DNA of 64,000 nucleotides from a bacterium (GCA_013824265.1 PNNO01000001.1:178149-242148), one strand, 5' to 3'; shown: positions 20,936-31,616, numbered from the stretch's first letter. Numbers and translations are program-made. Notes: generated by a model not told the origin, from the letters alone.

Positions 20936-21273
20936 TCAATACTCACTCCGTCTACGGGGACCTTTAGAATACCTTTTGCGGAAATGCGCATAATAAGGCG
21001 GGTACGTAATATTTGATCAACAAGACAGTCCAGAAGTGCGCCAATCTGGGTGTCATTAATTATTTCCGGCCGATTTACCGCTTTAAAAGCCAGTATTTGG
21101 AGACGTTCGAGATTAAAATTTCCAAGTGCAACTATAAAATTGGTTTTTTCAAATTCAGACAAATGTGCATCAAGAACTGCTAGACCTTCCATAGCCAAAT
21201 CAAGAATAGCTTCTTTTGAACAAGCTATATCGGCCGACACCAATTTTTCAGTTTTTAAATCAGAACTTTCCAT
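20932..21273 (-). CDS. Hypothetical protein
   Basis: 113 aa ORF with its own upstream promoter. Confidence 0.55.
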   Translation of the reverse strand: MESSDLKTEKLVSADIACSKEAILDLAMEGLAVLDAHLSEFEKTNFIVALGNFNLERLQILAFKAVNRPEIINDTQIGALLDCLVDQILRTRLIMRISAKGILKVPVDGVSID

Positions 21274-21321
21274 AGAATGCGATTTTAAAAATGCTTTTTA
21301 CTCCTGAATAATCGGCATAAA

Positions 21322-21350
21322 ATTATCATGTATTCGGTACTCATTGTCAA
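21322..21350 (-). promoter_or_regulatory. sigma70 promoter
   Basis: TTGACA-17bp-GATAAT on the minus strand. Confidence 0.55.
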
Positions 21351-21407
21351 GTTTGCCATTTTTCGGCCTTTAAAGTACTATTTTGACGATTTTTAACATA
21401 TGGATTT

Positions 21408-21734
21408 ATGGCGTGGGTCATCCTTTTCATTGCAATTCTATCCGAAGTAATAGCCTCAACGGCATTAAAATACGCGGACGGATTCACAAAACTTATACCT
21501 TCAATAGTTGTTGTTATAGGATATACACTGGCCTTCTTTCTACTTTCTTTAACGATGAAGGTTATTCCAATGGGAGTTGGTTATGCGGTATGGTCAGGAA
21601 TCGGCATAATTTTAATCTCCATAAGTGGCTACATTTTATTTAAACAATCACTTGATACTCCGGCTCTTGTTGGAATATTCTTGATATTGATCGGCGTTTT
21701 AATAATAAATATTTACTCAAAAAGCACAGCATGA
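21408..21734 (+). CDS. SMR family multidrug efflux transporter (EmrE/QacE-like)
   Basis: AI..EV...ALK...GF, P.G..YAVWSGIG, 4 TM. Confidence 0.92.
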   Translation: MAWVILFIAILSEVIASTALKYADGFTKLIPSIVVVIGYTLAFFLLSLTMKVIPMGVGYAVWSGIGIILISISGYILFKQSLDTPALVGIFLILIGVLIINIYSKSTA

Positions 21735-22696
21735 TTATCTACATACTATTCATCATTGGATTTTTCATTTTGATTAAAGGAGCGGATCTTCTTGTTGAAG
21801 GATCAGCCTCTGTAGCCAAAAAATTAAAAATTTCCAATATAGTTATCGGGTTAACAATAGTTGCCTTTGGCACTTCCGCTCCGGAATTCATTGTTAATAT
21901 TTTTGCCAGCATACAGGGAAATACGGAAATCGCGATTGGGAATATATTGGGAAGCAACATCGCGAACATATTTTTGATCCTTGGAATCTCGGCGATTATT
22001 TGTCCTCTTGTGGCCAAAAAAAATACCGTGTGGAAAGAAATTCCCTTGAGTCTTCTTGCCGCTTTAATTCTTGGGATACTTGCAAATGACATACTTATAG
22101 ACGGAGACATTTCGTCCGGACTAACAAGAACAGATGGCCTTGTATTGCTTTCATTTTTCATAATCTTTCTATATTACACATTTGCAATTGCAAGGATTAC
22201 GGACGAAAATCCAATTTCAAAAGACGGGGAAATAAAAAATTTGAGCTATTTAAAATCGACCGTATTTATAATTCTTGGATTAATAGGCCTTGTTGTCGGA
22301 GGAAAATGGATAGTGGACGGAGCTGTTAAGATTGCGGAAAACTTTAATGTAAGCCAATCTTTAATAGGATTAACCGTTGTCGCCATTGGAACTTCCCTGC
22401 CGGAACTTGCCACTTCCGCCGTTGCCGCCTATAAAAAACAAACGGATATAGCCATAGGAAACATAGTCGGATCCAATATTTTCAATATATTCTGGATACT
22501 TGGATTTAGCGCGTTAATAAGACCTCTTCCGTTTAGTCCAAATTCCATGATTGATATATTCATGACAATTTTTGCCAGCGTAGTTTTATTCGCAATAATG
22601 TTCATAGGTAAAAAACATACCATAGCCAAATGGGAAGGCATTTCAATGATATCAATATACGTAGGTTACGTTGTATTTCTCGTCTTTACAAAATAG
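21731..22696 (+). CDS. Calcium/sodium antiporter (YrbG/NCX family)
   Basis: Two alpha repeats GTSAPE / GTSLPE with GN..GSNI.N. Confidence 0.93.
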   Translation: MIIYILFIIGFFILIKGADLLVEGSASVAKKLKISNIVIGLTIVAFGTSAPEFIVNIFASIQGNTEIAIGNILGSNIANIFLILGISAIICPLVAKKNTVWKEIPLSLLAALILGILANDILIDGDISSGLTRTDGLVLLSFFIIFLYYTFAIARITDENPISKDGEIKNLSYLKSTVFIILGLIGLVVGGKWIVDGAVKIAENFNVSQSLIGLTVVAIGTSLPELATSAVAAYKKQTDIAIGNIVGSNIFNIFWILGFSALIRPLPFSPNSMIDIFMTIFASVVLFAIMFIGKKHTIAKWEGISMISIYVGYVVFLVFTK

Positions 22697-22745
22697 ACAA
22701 TTGGTGTAATATGCGCTCTTGCAAATAATTAATACACCAAGTTTT

Positions 22746-23045
22746 ATGGACGAGACACTAAAAGGGTTTGTCAAATATAATGAATTCGATGAAAAAGACG
22801 CCGGAACCATAATCTTGGGGGCATCAAGCACTGGAGAATTTACGCCACCATTTTTCCCGGAATATTTCGAAGATATTGGGATTAAAGAGGGGGATAGTCC
22901 TGAAGCCGTAACTTCAAAAATAAGAAAAAATTTGGAAAGGCTTGAAGCCAGCAAGAATGAACTTTCATCTAAAAATGACCCCAAGGCTAACCGAGTTATC
23001 AGAGAAATCTCCGATTTACAAAAGGTTTTAAAACTTTTGGGATAA
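22746..23045 (+). CDS. Hypothetical protein
   Basis: ORF with coding-like composition. Confidence 0.5.
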   Translation: MDETLKGFVKYNEFDEKDAGTIILGASSTGEFTPPFFPEYFEDIGIKEGDSPEAVTSKIRKNLERLEASKNELSSKNDPKANRVIREISDLQKVLKLLG

Positions 23046-23050
23046 AAACT

Positions 23051-24727
23051 TCACACCTTAAGCTCCTCAAGGTGCTTTATTTTTTCAGACATGAATTTTT
23101 TAATATCAAATCCATGCGATTCGATGATCGTTGAAGTATGGTGTCCTCCTATAAAATGAGGCATTATAACGTAACTCGCACCTTGTTCGTAAAGCTGAAC
23201 AGCATCATCAACACTTTCGGATACAACCATTATTATGCAGTCCTTGTTTCGCGCAAGAACCCTCTTGATTATCGAAACATTTATCTCGAAATCTTTCACC
23301 GAAGAAACCACAAGTTTAACTTTATTAAAATCTATATCCTCAAAAATATCTGCATCTTCAACGTCTCCGTAACGACAATCTATTTTCTGCTGAACAAGTT
23401 TAATAACGGTTTCCGGATTAAAATCTATAACAAGAAATTGTTTTTTTAGCTTATTCATAGTCTTTGCCAAAGTTGATCCAACATGGTTATAACCAAGAAT
23501 CAAAACCTCGTAATCGCCATGTGAAGAGTACTTATGTTCATCCTTTTTCCCCTCTTTTCTTTCAAATACATCAAGATATTTGCTTATCAGCTGATATATT
23601 TTTTTGCCATACATAATAAAATACGTTGAACCACCTATTGTTATAAGTCCGACTATAGTTACGAATGACAAAATCTTTGTATCCAAATGCCCCATTTTCA
23701 CCCCAAGAGCAACAAGTATAAGAGAAAACTCGCTTATCTGCGCTACGGTGAGGCCCGCAAGAAATCCCGTCCTTTTGGTGTAACCCAAAAGCCCCATAAG
23801 AACCATCACTATTAAAGGATTTCCTATCAAAATAAATATTGAAAACGCAATAACCGGCAAAATAAATTCACTAAAATTTCCAAACTCCATTTGTGTTCCA
23901 AGAAAAACAAAAAACATAAGTATAAAGAAATCGCGCAAAGTTTTAATGCGCGAAGAAATCTCGTATCTGTAAGAAGATGTTGAAAGGCTTATACCCGCCA
24001 AAAGCGCTCCAATTTCAATTGAAAATCCAAAGAAATTAAATACGGATGCAAGCGCAAAACACCACGCTATACAAAACAAAAGCAAAAGCTCCTGCTGATT
24101 GGCCATCCTTTTTATTATATGTGGCAAAACATAGGTACCTATAACAACAACTCCAGTAATAAGAAGACTTCCCTTTATAACGGCTTCCGCAATTGTTTCC
24201 ATAACAGACCCTCCTCCTGCGGAAGAAGAAACAATCATCAAAATAAGCATTGCGACTATGTCCTGAACTATAAGAAATCCAACGGATATACGCCCGTAAA
24301 CGCTCTCCAAGTCCTTTTTATCGGAAAGCAGCTTCATAATTACGATCGTGCTACTGAATGTAAGAGCAATGGCAATATATGCCGATTCAATGCCGTTAAA
24401 ACCAAAAGCTTCCGCTATAAAAAATCCTATAACGGAAGTAAAAAAAATCTGTCCCAAACCTGTTATTACTGATACTTTTCCAACATCCCGTATTATCTGT
24501 GGATTAAGATTTATACCAACCATAAACAAAAGAAAGGCTATCCCGAACTGGGAAAAAGCGCCTATTGCATCGTGCGCCGTAACAATATTTAAACCGTACG
24601 AACTAAGCAAAATTCCCGAAGCAATGTAAGCAATAATTATTGGCTGTTTTAAAACGCGAAATATTCCGGCAATTACGGCCGTAATTATCACAATCAAACT
24701 GAGTTCCATAAAAATATTTTCCCCCAT
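23051..24727 (-). CDS. CPA2 cation:proton antiporter with TrkA-N domain (KefB/C-like)
   Basis: ALTFSST.IV, LIVQDI, AQISEFS; C-terminal ILGY..VG, YGD. Confidence 0.92.
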   Translation of the reverse strand: MGENIFMELSLIVIITAVIAGIFRVLKQPIIIAYIASGILLSSYGLNIVTAHDAIGAFSQFGIAFLLFMVGINLNPQIIRDVGKVSVITGLGQIFFTSVIGFFIAEAFGFNGIESAYIAIALTFSSTIVIMKLLSDKKDLESVYGRISVGFLIVQDIVAMLILMIVSSSAGGGSVMETIAEAVIKGSLLITGVVVIGTYVLPHIIKRMANQQELLLLFCIAWCFALASVFNFFGFSIEIGALLAGISLSTSSYRYEISSRIKTLRDFFILMFFVFLGTQMEFGNFSEFILPVIAFSIFILIGNPLIVMVLMGLLGYTKRTGFLAGLTVAQISEFSLILVALGVKMGHLDTKILSFVTIVGLITIGGSTYFIMYGKKIYQLISKYLDVFERKEGKKDEHKYSSHGDYEVLILGYNHVGSTLAKTMNKLKKQFLVIDFNPETVIKLVQQKIDCRYGDVEDADIFEDIDFNKVKLVVSSVKDFEINVSIIKRVLARNKDCIIMVVSESVDDAVQLYEQGASYVIMPHFIGGHHTSTIIESHGFDIKKFMSEKIKHLEELKV

Positions 24728-24798
24728 TTGTTTTTATTTTTATTTAGTTTATTATACCTCATTCTTGGCTTTTTGTAAACCTTTGGGCATTCCGAAAT

Positions 24799-25323
24799 CT
24801 ACATCTTCCTGCTGTCGTAAGCCCAGTGAAGAAGTGCCTGTCTTTGCCTTGGCCTACACATAAGATCACCGGGAACGCAGTTTTTCCTTATCTGCCCGAT
24901 GTGCCTTTTCATGGCTTTCCACCTCTTTATCTGAAGCGCATCTTCATCCGGAATTCTTCTGCCCAGGTAATATCTGCAATACCACTGGAACCATCCGCGC
25001 GGATCAAGCGGATAAATCCAACCTTTTTTCCGCCAGTATTCAAGCGGTTTTGAAGCGTTTATTCCAAAAAAATTCAGCTTTGGATTATGAAATTTGTGGC
25101 AAAGTTTTGCGCCTTCAAACCAATCTTCCGGAAACTCGGCCCGGCAATCCGTCATGTATTTGCCGCCAAAAACGCCCATCTTTAAAAGCTGCTTGGGAGT
25201 AAGTTCGGGTTGAAATTCTTTATCAAAATTCTTTCCCATCGGCTCGAAAAGAACATAAGAATAATCTTCCTGCATTAAATCTTTTACTTTTATAATTGCC
25301 CCTTTTGCGAATTTTCTCATCAT
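24799..25323 (-). CDS. Conserved hypothetical Trp/Arg-rich protein
   Basis: LTP...L.MGVFGGKY, DPRGWFQWYCRYY.GRR, RQALLHWAYD. Confidence 0.75.
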   Translation of the reverse strand: MMRKFAKGAIIKVKDLMQEDYSYVLFEPMGKNFDKEFQPELTPKQLLKMGVFGGKYMTDCRAEFPEDWFEGAKLCHKFHNPKLNFFGINASKPLEYWRKKGWIYPLDPRGWFQWYCRYYLGRRIPDEDALQIKRWKAMKRHIGQIRKNCVPGDLMCRPRQRQALLHWAYDSRKM

Positions 25324-25359
25324 GATACATTATATGCGCAAATAATAACCCAACACGTC

Positions 25360-25779
25360 ATGGCAAACAAAGAAGAATTTATTAAACTGCTCAACAAGGC
25401 TCTTGAATGGGAGTACGCAGCAGCGGTTCAGTATGTTCAGCACGCTTCCGTTATGACAGGCCCTGAATACGACTCAATTTCCGCCGAACTGGTGGTTCAT
25501 TCAAATGAAGAAATGGCTCACGCGGTAACAGTTTCAACAATCATAAACGATCTTGGAGGCACACCTACAATCGAAGTTGAAAAAAGAGATATTTCCGAAG
25601 ATGCAAAAACCATGCTTGCGCAGGATTTAGCCGGCGAAGAGCTTGCAATAAAAATGTATAAGGAATTAATTGGAATGGCTGAGGAACTTAAAGAATATGG
25701 AATACGAAGAAACCTTGAAGACATTCTTATGCAGGAAGAAGAGCACAGAAGAGACATTTTAAGCTCTCTTGGAAGATAG
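25360..25779 (+). CDS. Ferritin-like (bacterioferritin-type) protein
   Basis: E..A..QY, EEMAH, E..A...Y, EEEH di-iron ligands. Confidence 0.88.
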   Translation: MANKEEFIKLLNKALEWEYAAAVQYVQHASVMTGPEYDSISAELVVHSNEEMAHAVTVSTIINDLGGTPTIEVEKRDISEDAKTMLAQDLAGEELAIKMYKELIGMAEELKEYGIRRNLEDILMQEEEHRRDILSSLGR

Positions 25780-25798
25780 TCCACAAATAAAAAATTAC

Positions 25799-25837
25799 GC
25801 AAAAAAAGCGATCTCAAATTTGGGGTCGCTTTTTTGC
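25799..25837. terminator. Bidirectional intrinsic terminator
   Basis: AAAAAAGCGATCTCA/TGGGGTCGCTTTTTT stem between convergent genes. Confidence 0.8.
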
Positions 25838-25858
25838 AGTAAATCTTAAACCGTCTTA

Positions 25859-26677
25859 TTATTTATCAATCTCGAGCTCATCCACTTGTTCATGTATAGC
25901 AACCACGGTGTCGCCAACCATTTCACCTAAGGCTTCTTCTGATTCAACCTGCAATTCCAAAAATCCAATTAATTCGTCGGCTTGATCATCAAGAGCAACT
26001 ATCTGTGTAATATACTCAACAGGCAATCCTCTTCCCAGTTTTGCATACCTGCATGGATGATTGTGCGCTGAGCCTTCACTCTTTGACCAAATATCTTCAC
26101 CGGCATAATCCAAAAATTCCTTTGAAAGACCTATTAAAATACCCGTTCTGTGTTTGCCTGCATTAAACAACTTGTCCAATGTTCCACGTGGAATACCAGC
26201 CGCAATGGCTTTTTCAACAAAGCAGTTAACTCTTTGTGGAAGTCCCTCTCCCGGGACACGATCATTTTCCGAATCTTCAAGAAACTTAACAAGATCTGCA
26301 ACTTCGGCTTCACTAAGATTCTCATTGATATTAAAACCAAGCTTTAAAAGTTCATCTACGACAAAGAAAAACTTGGTTGTTCCCGTAGGTCTGGCAAGGT
26401 CCGACTTTCTTAATGGATCGTCAAGATCATCCTCGAACTCAGCAAGTTTATACTCAAAACCGCCCGGTACAATTGAAGCAAACGGAGCCTCACCGGTAAC
26501 TGCCAAAGTGGAAAGCGCTTCACTTCCAAGTCTGGCCCAGGCCACTGTTTCCTGGTTACGTTCAAAGTCATCCCGCAATAAGGAAAAAACCTTTTGCGCA
26601 TAAGGGACAAGGCTTTCCGGATCTACACCTCCCGGCAATCCTGATATTTTTCTATCATCTTTTTCCATTTGAACCAT
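25859..26677 (-). CDS. Hypothetical acidic protein
   Basis: 272 aa ORF, upstream TTGACA-17-TACAGT. Confidence 0.7.
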   Translation of the reverse strand: MVQMEKDDRKISGLPGGVDPESLVPYAQKVFSLLRDDFERNQETVAWARLGSEALSTLAVTGEAPFASIVPGGFEYKLAEFEDDLDDPLRKSDLARPTGTTKFFFVVDELLKLGFNINENLSEAEVADLVKFLEDSENDRVPGEGLPQRVNCFVEKAIAAGIPRGTLDKLFNAGKHRTGILIGLSKEFLDYAGEDIWSKSEGSAHNHPCRYAKLGRGLPVEYITQIVALDDQADELIGFLELQVESEEALGEMVGDTVVAIHEQVDELEIDK

Positions 26678-26815
26678 TTGTTAATATTTGTAACCAAATA
26701 TATAAAAAGGAAAGAACTGTAATTGTTTTTACATGTTATGTCAAGCGCGATTTTCCGCTGGTAAAAGAGAGTGAATTTGCTACAATTGCCACAGTTACTT
26801 TTTAACGATAAAAAA

Positions 26816-27370
26816 ATGGAAGTTTTATACGTTGTACTCGGGCTTGCTGTTGTTATCGGCTTATTCGCAATGGGGATTTACAACGCCCTAATCGTTCTTC
26901 GAAACAAAGTTGATGAAGGATGGTCGGACATCGACACACAGCTTAAAAGAAGATGGGACCTTATCCCAAACATGGTTGAAACGGTAAAAGGTTATGCGAC
27001 ACATGAAAAAGGTGTGTTTGAAGAAGTTACAAAAGCAAGAAGCCAGGCTATGCAGGCAAAGACACCGGAAGAACATGCTCAGGCTGAAAACGCCCTTTCT
27101 TCAACATTGAAATCTTTGTTTGCAGTAGCGGAAAACTACCCTGATTTAAAAGCAAACCAGAACTTTATTGATCTTCAGGCGACTTTAAAAGAAGTTGAAG
27201 AACACATTCAAATGTCTAGAAGGTACTACAACGGAACTGTCCGCGATTTCAACACAAAGCTTCAGGTTTTCCCAAACAATATAGTTGCAGGAATGCTTGG
27301 ATTTACAAAGCGTGACTTCTTTGAGATCGAAGAAGGAGAGAAACAGAACGTTAAAGTAAGCTTCTCTTAA
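26816..27370 (+). CDS. lemA: LemA family protein
   Basis: YN.L..LRN, IDTQLKRR.DLIPN.V, AENYPDLKAN, RRYYN. Confidence 0.95.
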   Translation: MEVLYVVLGLAVVIGLFAMGIYNALIVLRNKVDEGWSDIDTQLKRRWDLIPNMVETVKGYATHEKGVFEEVTKARSQAMQAKTPEEHAQAENALSSTLKSLFAVAENYPDLKANQNFIDLQATLKEVEEHIQMSRRYYNGTVRDFNTKLQVFPNNIVAGMLGFTKRDFFEIEEGEKQNVKVSFS

Positions 27371-27374
27371 AAAA

Positions 27375-29126
27375 ATGAAAAAACTACTCGCAACCCTTGG
27401 CCTTTATATATTTTTGGCTCCAGCATTGCCATCTGCGCTGGCTTATAGTTCGTGGAATCTGCCACAAGTTAATCAGGATATAACCATAACCGAATCCGGA
27501 AAAATTCAGGTTACGGAAACAATTAAAGCTGACTTCACTCAGGACCCGCACAGAGGAATCTTTAGAAACATCCCAATAAGCTATACGGATAAATTTGGAA
27601 ATCCGTTCAATCTGCGCTTTAAACTTATAAGCGTCACTGACGAAAACGGAAACAATCATCCAATAGCCGAAAAAGGCAAAGACGGAGATGATTATTATCT
27701 TAAAATAGGAGACGCGGATGTTTTGAGAAGTGACATTGTCACATACGTAATAAAATACGAAGTGGACAGAGCCATGGGCTATTTTGAAGATCACGACGAG
27801 CTTTATTGGAATCCATATGTGTACTGGGAAATCCCTGTTCTTTCAAGCACCGTAACAGTTCATCTGCCGCAAAGCGCGGACACAAGCAAAATGCGTGCAG
27901 CCTGCTACACCGGATCATATGGATCAATTGAAGAACAATGCACGGCGCAGGTTATTGATGACAAAACATTTCAATACAAGACAACGGCAGTATCATACTC
28001 CGGAGACGGGTTCACAATAGTGGCGGGATGGCCAACCGGAATAATCGCAAAGCCACCTTTGATCAACAAAATATTGTGGTTTGTTTTTGATAACTGGTCC
28101 CTATTAATTCCCATAATCGCGTTTGCATTTTTATATTGGAGATGGAACAAAACCGGTCGTGACCCAAAAGCTGAAAATGGCACAATCATCCCAAGATACA
28201 AAGCTCCCGAGGGACTTAGTCCAACTCAGGTTGGCACTATAATAGACGAGAAAGTGGATATGCACGACATAACAAGCGTGATAATTACTTACGCGGTTAA
28301 AGGGTATTTAAAAATAAACGAACTCAAAACAAAGAAATTGTTATTTTTTGAAGATACCGATTACGAGCTTGAAATTTTAAAAGATTATGCAAATGCAAAG
28401 GGAATCCAATCTCACGAAAAGAAAATTCTGGATTCGATTTTTGAAGACAAAAAGATTATAAAAATTTCCGATCTTAAATTCAAATTCTACAAACACATAG
28501 AAGGAATAAAGGAAGAAATCTATGACGACCTAATTAAAGGAAAATACTTTGTAAACAATCCGGAAAAAGTAAGAGGCACATACCTGGGAATAGGAATAGC
28601 AATGGTTGCGATAACTATTTTCTTTGCAGCGGCAGTTTTTGCACTTCTTGGCCTAACTGCTATTTTCGCCATCATAGTTACAGGAATTCTTTTTATAATT
28701 TTCGGCAGGATTATGCCACGCAAAACATTAAAAGGAGCTAACGCATACATGGAGATAAAGGGTCTTGAAGAATACATTCGCACTGCGGAAAAAGACAGAA
28801 TTAAATTCCAGGAAGATCAAAATATATTCTTCGAAAAATTACTGCCATACGCCATGGTTCTTGGACTCGGCGAGAAGTGGGCGGGAGCTTTTAAAGACCT
28901 GTACAAAAAACCACCATCATGGTTTTCCGGCGACAACATGGATTCATTTAATACATACTACCTGGTAAACCGTTTGAGCAATTTCTCCACTCAAGCCCAA
29001 ACTGCATTTGCTTCGTCACCAAGAAGTAGCGGAAGTGGTGGATCAAGCGCTTGGAGCGGTGGAAGCGGATTCTCCGGAGGATTCTCAGGAGGAGGATTCG
29101 GTGGTGGCGGCGGTGGAGGCTGGTAG
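27375..29126 (+). CDS. DUF2207 family membrane protein
   Basis: Follows lemA; HRGIFRNIP, ELYWN, LPYA..LG...W, Gly-rich GGGGGGW tail. Confidence 0.9.
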   Translation: MKKLLATLGLYIFLAPALPSALAYSSWNLPQVNQDITITESGKIQVTETIKADFTQDPHRGIFRNIPISYTDKFGNPFNLRFKLISVTDENGNNHPIAEKGKDGDDYYLKIGDADVLRSDIVTYVIKYEVDRAMGYFEDHDELYWNPYVYWEIPVLSSTVTVHLPQSADTSKMRAACYTGSYGSIEEQCTAQVIDDKTFQYKTTAVSYSGDGFTIVAGWPTGIIAKPPLINKILWFVFDNWSLLIPIIAFAFLYWRWNKTGRDPKAENGTIIPRYKAPEGLSPTQVGTIIDEKVDMHDITSVIITYAVKGYLKINELKTKKLLFFEDTDYELEILKDYANAKGIQSHEKKILDSIFEDKKIIKISDLKFKFYKHIEGIKEEIYDDLIKGKYFVNNPEKVRGTYLGIGIAMVAITIFFAAAVFALLGLTAIFAIIVTGILFIIFGRIMPRKTLKGANAYMEIKGLEEYIRTAEKDRIKFQEDQNIFFEKLLPYAMVLGLGEKWAGAFKDLYKKPPSWFSGDNMDSFNTYYLVNRLSNFSTQAQTAFASSPRSSGSGGSSAWSGGSGFSGGFSGGGFGGGGGGGW

Positions 29127-29143
29127 GATAGTTGCAAGGCAAC

Positions 29144-30145
29144 CTAGGCTACATGTTTTGCCTTCTGATAAAGCCCATACATAAACTCCGGCGTAATCCT
29201 TTTTTCACCTGCGGAAGACTTTAAAAGCTCAAAAGCTCTTATTCTTAATAACTGCTTGTATCGCTTTTCAGGTGTAATTTGCTTCCAATAATCATATTCT
29301 TTTTTCAAAGACTCCATTATTCTTGGATCGGAAGTAAAGTTCTTAAGCCTGATACTCTTTTCTTCAAGTTCGGCCCTTTTCATTCTAATCTCTTCCTCAA
29401 GCTCTTCTTTATGAGCCGTAAGCTCTTCTCCCATGGACTTATTGTATTCTTCTTCAAACTTCTTAATCTCTTCTTTCTCTGCAAATTTTCTCATCATTTT
29501 TTCCGGCAAAGCAGGTACTTTTAAAGCATTTAAAATATTCCCCGTCATTTCCTTTTCAAACGGATCGGCATCAACTTTGGCAAAAGGATCATTTGAAAAT
29601 CCAAGCACCTGTGAAAATTCGCTAAAAAATTTAACTCTGTAATTTTCAAAAGAATTATACGCGCTCTTTAAGTCTTCCGGCTTTTTATGTATTGCGGCAA
29701 TTCCTATTTTCCCAACTCTTTCCTGAAGCATACTTAGCGGATGACGCAAAAGAGAAGTTATTAAATCTCCAAGAATAGCTGACTTCCCATCCAAAAAAGC
29801 ATGAGTCTCTTCTATTCTGTCGGAAATATTCTGCGTGAATTCAACTATATTTGGCGGCGCTTCTTTACGTTCAAGGTCCTCCATATCCTTCTGGAACAGG
29901 AAGTTCTGTGATAACTGCTCAAGATCGTCCCCAAGTTTACCAAAACTGTCGGCCACTTCGCGAATGGTATCCCACTTTACGGATTCATCCTCCAAAACAA
30001 GTTCGGAGAGATTTCTTACCGCCAACATTTGACGCGTAGGCCTCTCATTTTCACTAACAGGTTCTTCAACAAGGGAAGGAACCGGGTTTTGATACGGCTG
30101 TTCTCTGCGGGCATTCTCTCCATTATCCTCAACTAAATTGTTCAT
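29144..30145 (-). CDS. Hypothetical helical protein
   Basis: 333 aa ORF, E/K-rich. Confidence 0.7.
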   Translation of the reverse strand: MNNLVEDNGENARREQPYQNPVPSLVEEPVSENERPTRQMLAVRNLSELVLEDESVKWDTIREVADSFGKLGDDLEQLSQNFLFQKDMEDLERKEAPPNIVEFTQNISDRIEETHAFLDGKSAILGDLITSLLRHPLSMLQERVGKIGIAAIHKKPEDLKSAYNSFENYRVKFFSEFSQVLGFSNDPFAKVDADPFEKEMTGNILNALKVPALPEKMMRKFAEKEEIKKFEEEYNKSMGEELTAHKEELEEEIRMKRAELEEKSIRLKNFTSDPRIMESLKKEYDYWKQITPEKRYKQLLRIRAFELLKSSAGEKRITPEFMYGLYQKAKHVA

Positions 30146-30193
30146 TTTGGTTTTTTATTTTTGTATCGTAACATTATAGCACAAACAAGCCCT

Positions 30194-30787
30194 TTATGAA
30201 AGAGCTATTCTTATCTTCCCCTGGATTGTAAGGGCTGTCTTTTTTTGAATCAAAAGCCTTGTCGTATCCAACTCATTTCCGTAGACAAGAACATCGTTAA
30301 TACACTCTTCAACGCCATAACAAAGTTTTAAAACTTCCGGATCCAAACCGGACTCTTCGTGCACCGTAAAGCCACTAATAAGCTCCTCAAGTTTTAGTAC
30401 ATTTAGAAGATTAATGCCATTTAAAACTGCATCTATTCTTTGATTTAACTCAAATATAAAGACCTCTTTTATAAGATCTTTTTCACTTTTCCATCCGTCC
30501 GGAAAACGCGTCTCATGATCTAAAGCACCAAGAAGCCTTGCGCATAGCTGAGCAATACCCCTTGAAGAAACATTTATGCGCAACTTTATTGAATTTAAAA
30601 TATTACCCTCCAGCTCGTTAAGTTTTAGCTCCGGACCTGCCGCCTCAACATGAAACACAAGCTCTCCCAAAATCCTATCAATATTCTCATCGTTACTCTC
30701 CGCTACCGCATTAACAACATCACGCAAAAGTCCCTTAATAACATCCAATCTCTCCCCTTGATTTAAAAAAACTTCAGATTCGGACAT
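30194..30787 (-). CDS. Hypothetical helical protein
   Basis: 197 aa ORF with perfect upstream promoter. Confidence 0.7.
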   Translation of the reverse strand: MSESEVFLNQGERLDVIKGLLRDVVNAVAESNDENIDRILGELVFHVEAAGPELKLNELEGNILNSIKLRINVSSRGIAQLCARLLGALDHETRFPDGWKSEKDLIKEVFIFELNQRIDAVLNGINLLNVLKLEELISGFTVHEESGLDPEVLKLCYGVEECINDVLVYGNELDTTRLLIQKKTALTIQGKIRIALS

Positions 30788-30813
30788 ATTGCAGGGACAA
30801 CAAATAGGGTGAC

Positions 30814-30841
30814 ATTATAATGCTATGCATGAATTTGTCAA
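30814..30841 (-). promoter_or_regulatory. Consensus sigma70 promoter
   Basis: TTGACA-16bp-TATAAT on the minus strand. Confidence 0.7.
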
Positions 30842-30851
30842 GCAGGCCAAA

Positions 30852-31487
30852 TCATACTTTTGCTCTTAAGTATTCCTGCAATACCTTAACTTTTGATGAA
30901 CATTGCTCAGGCGAAAGCTCCAAAATCTGTTCCACAGTCAAAATTCGCCCATTGTTGCCTTTAGTTCTGTTAACGTCTTCCTCGGAAATCGTAGCCACGT
31001 AGCATGGCATCACAACTGCGCTTGCGTCACCGACCGCGCCCAAATTAATTCCCGGAATTTCATTTGCAACGCCAATTAATTCAATTTTTTCAATTTTGGC
31101 ATTATCAAGAGACTCATTAACTTTAAAGGTACTGTTCGGCAATACTCCTCTGCTTGCAGCCGGGAAATCAACCCCTTCAAGACGAGCAAGGTCATCCTTG
31201 GAAGTATTTTCATTTGCCATTTCGTTGCCTCTAATCGATTCACGTCCAATTAATACATATCTTTCACCTTCATCCTTAAAAACAATCGCGAGCGCATAAC
31301 GAACATTATCAATAACAAGTTCTATTTTTTCATTTGCCGGAGTCTCATTTGCGACTTCGCTTCTCACTGCGGCTACCAATTCCAAAACCGTTGGATTACT
31401 TTTGGCTACCTTTTCCGGATCAATAAAGGGACGTTTTATATCGCTAAGATATCGATGTTCATCATTTCTTAATGTATTTTCACCCAT
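30852..31487 (-). CDS. Hypothetical protein, possibly degenerate NUDIX fold
   Basis: ALAIVF..EG...LIGR and ILTVEQILEL resemble NUDIX edges; no Nudix box. Confidence 0.55.
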   Translation of the reverse strand: MGENTLRNDEHRYLSDIKRPFIDPEKVAKSNPTVLELVAAVRSEVANETPANEKIELVIDNVRYALAIVFKDEGERYVLIGRESIRGNEMANENTSKDDLARLEGVDFPAASRGVLPNSTFKVNESLDNAKIEKIELIGVANEIPGINLGAVGDASAVVMPCYVATISEEDVNRTKGNNGRILTVEQILELSPEQCSSKVKVLQEYLRAKV

Positions 31488-31561
31488 TTTTAAAATATTA
31501 ATTGTAACAAGGTTTTGAATCCTACAAACACTTTAGCAAGTTGTCAAGCAGAAGCAGGCCC

Positions 31562-31589
31562 TTGACACATAGGCGTAAAAATGTATGAT
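31562..31589 (+). promoter_or_regulatory. sigma70 promoter (divergent partner TTGACA-17-TAGGAT lies on the minus strand just upstream)
   Basis: TTGACA-16bp-TATGAT. Confidence 0.5.
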
Positions 31590-31616
31590 TACACCCTTTA
31601 TATAATTTTAATATTT

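Noticed and set aside
9242-23050. Prophage or transposon explanation for the accessory region
   Set aside because: No integrase, transposase, terminase or capsid genes, and no terminal repeats seen
29020-29126. GGA/GGT/GGC low-complexity tract
   Set aside because: Normal Gly/Ser-rich tail of DUF2207 proteins
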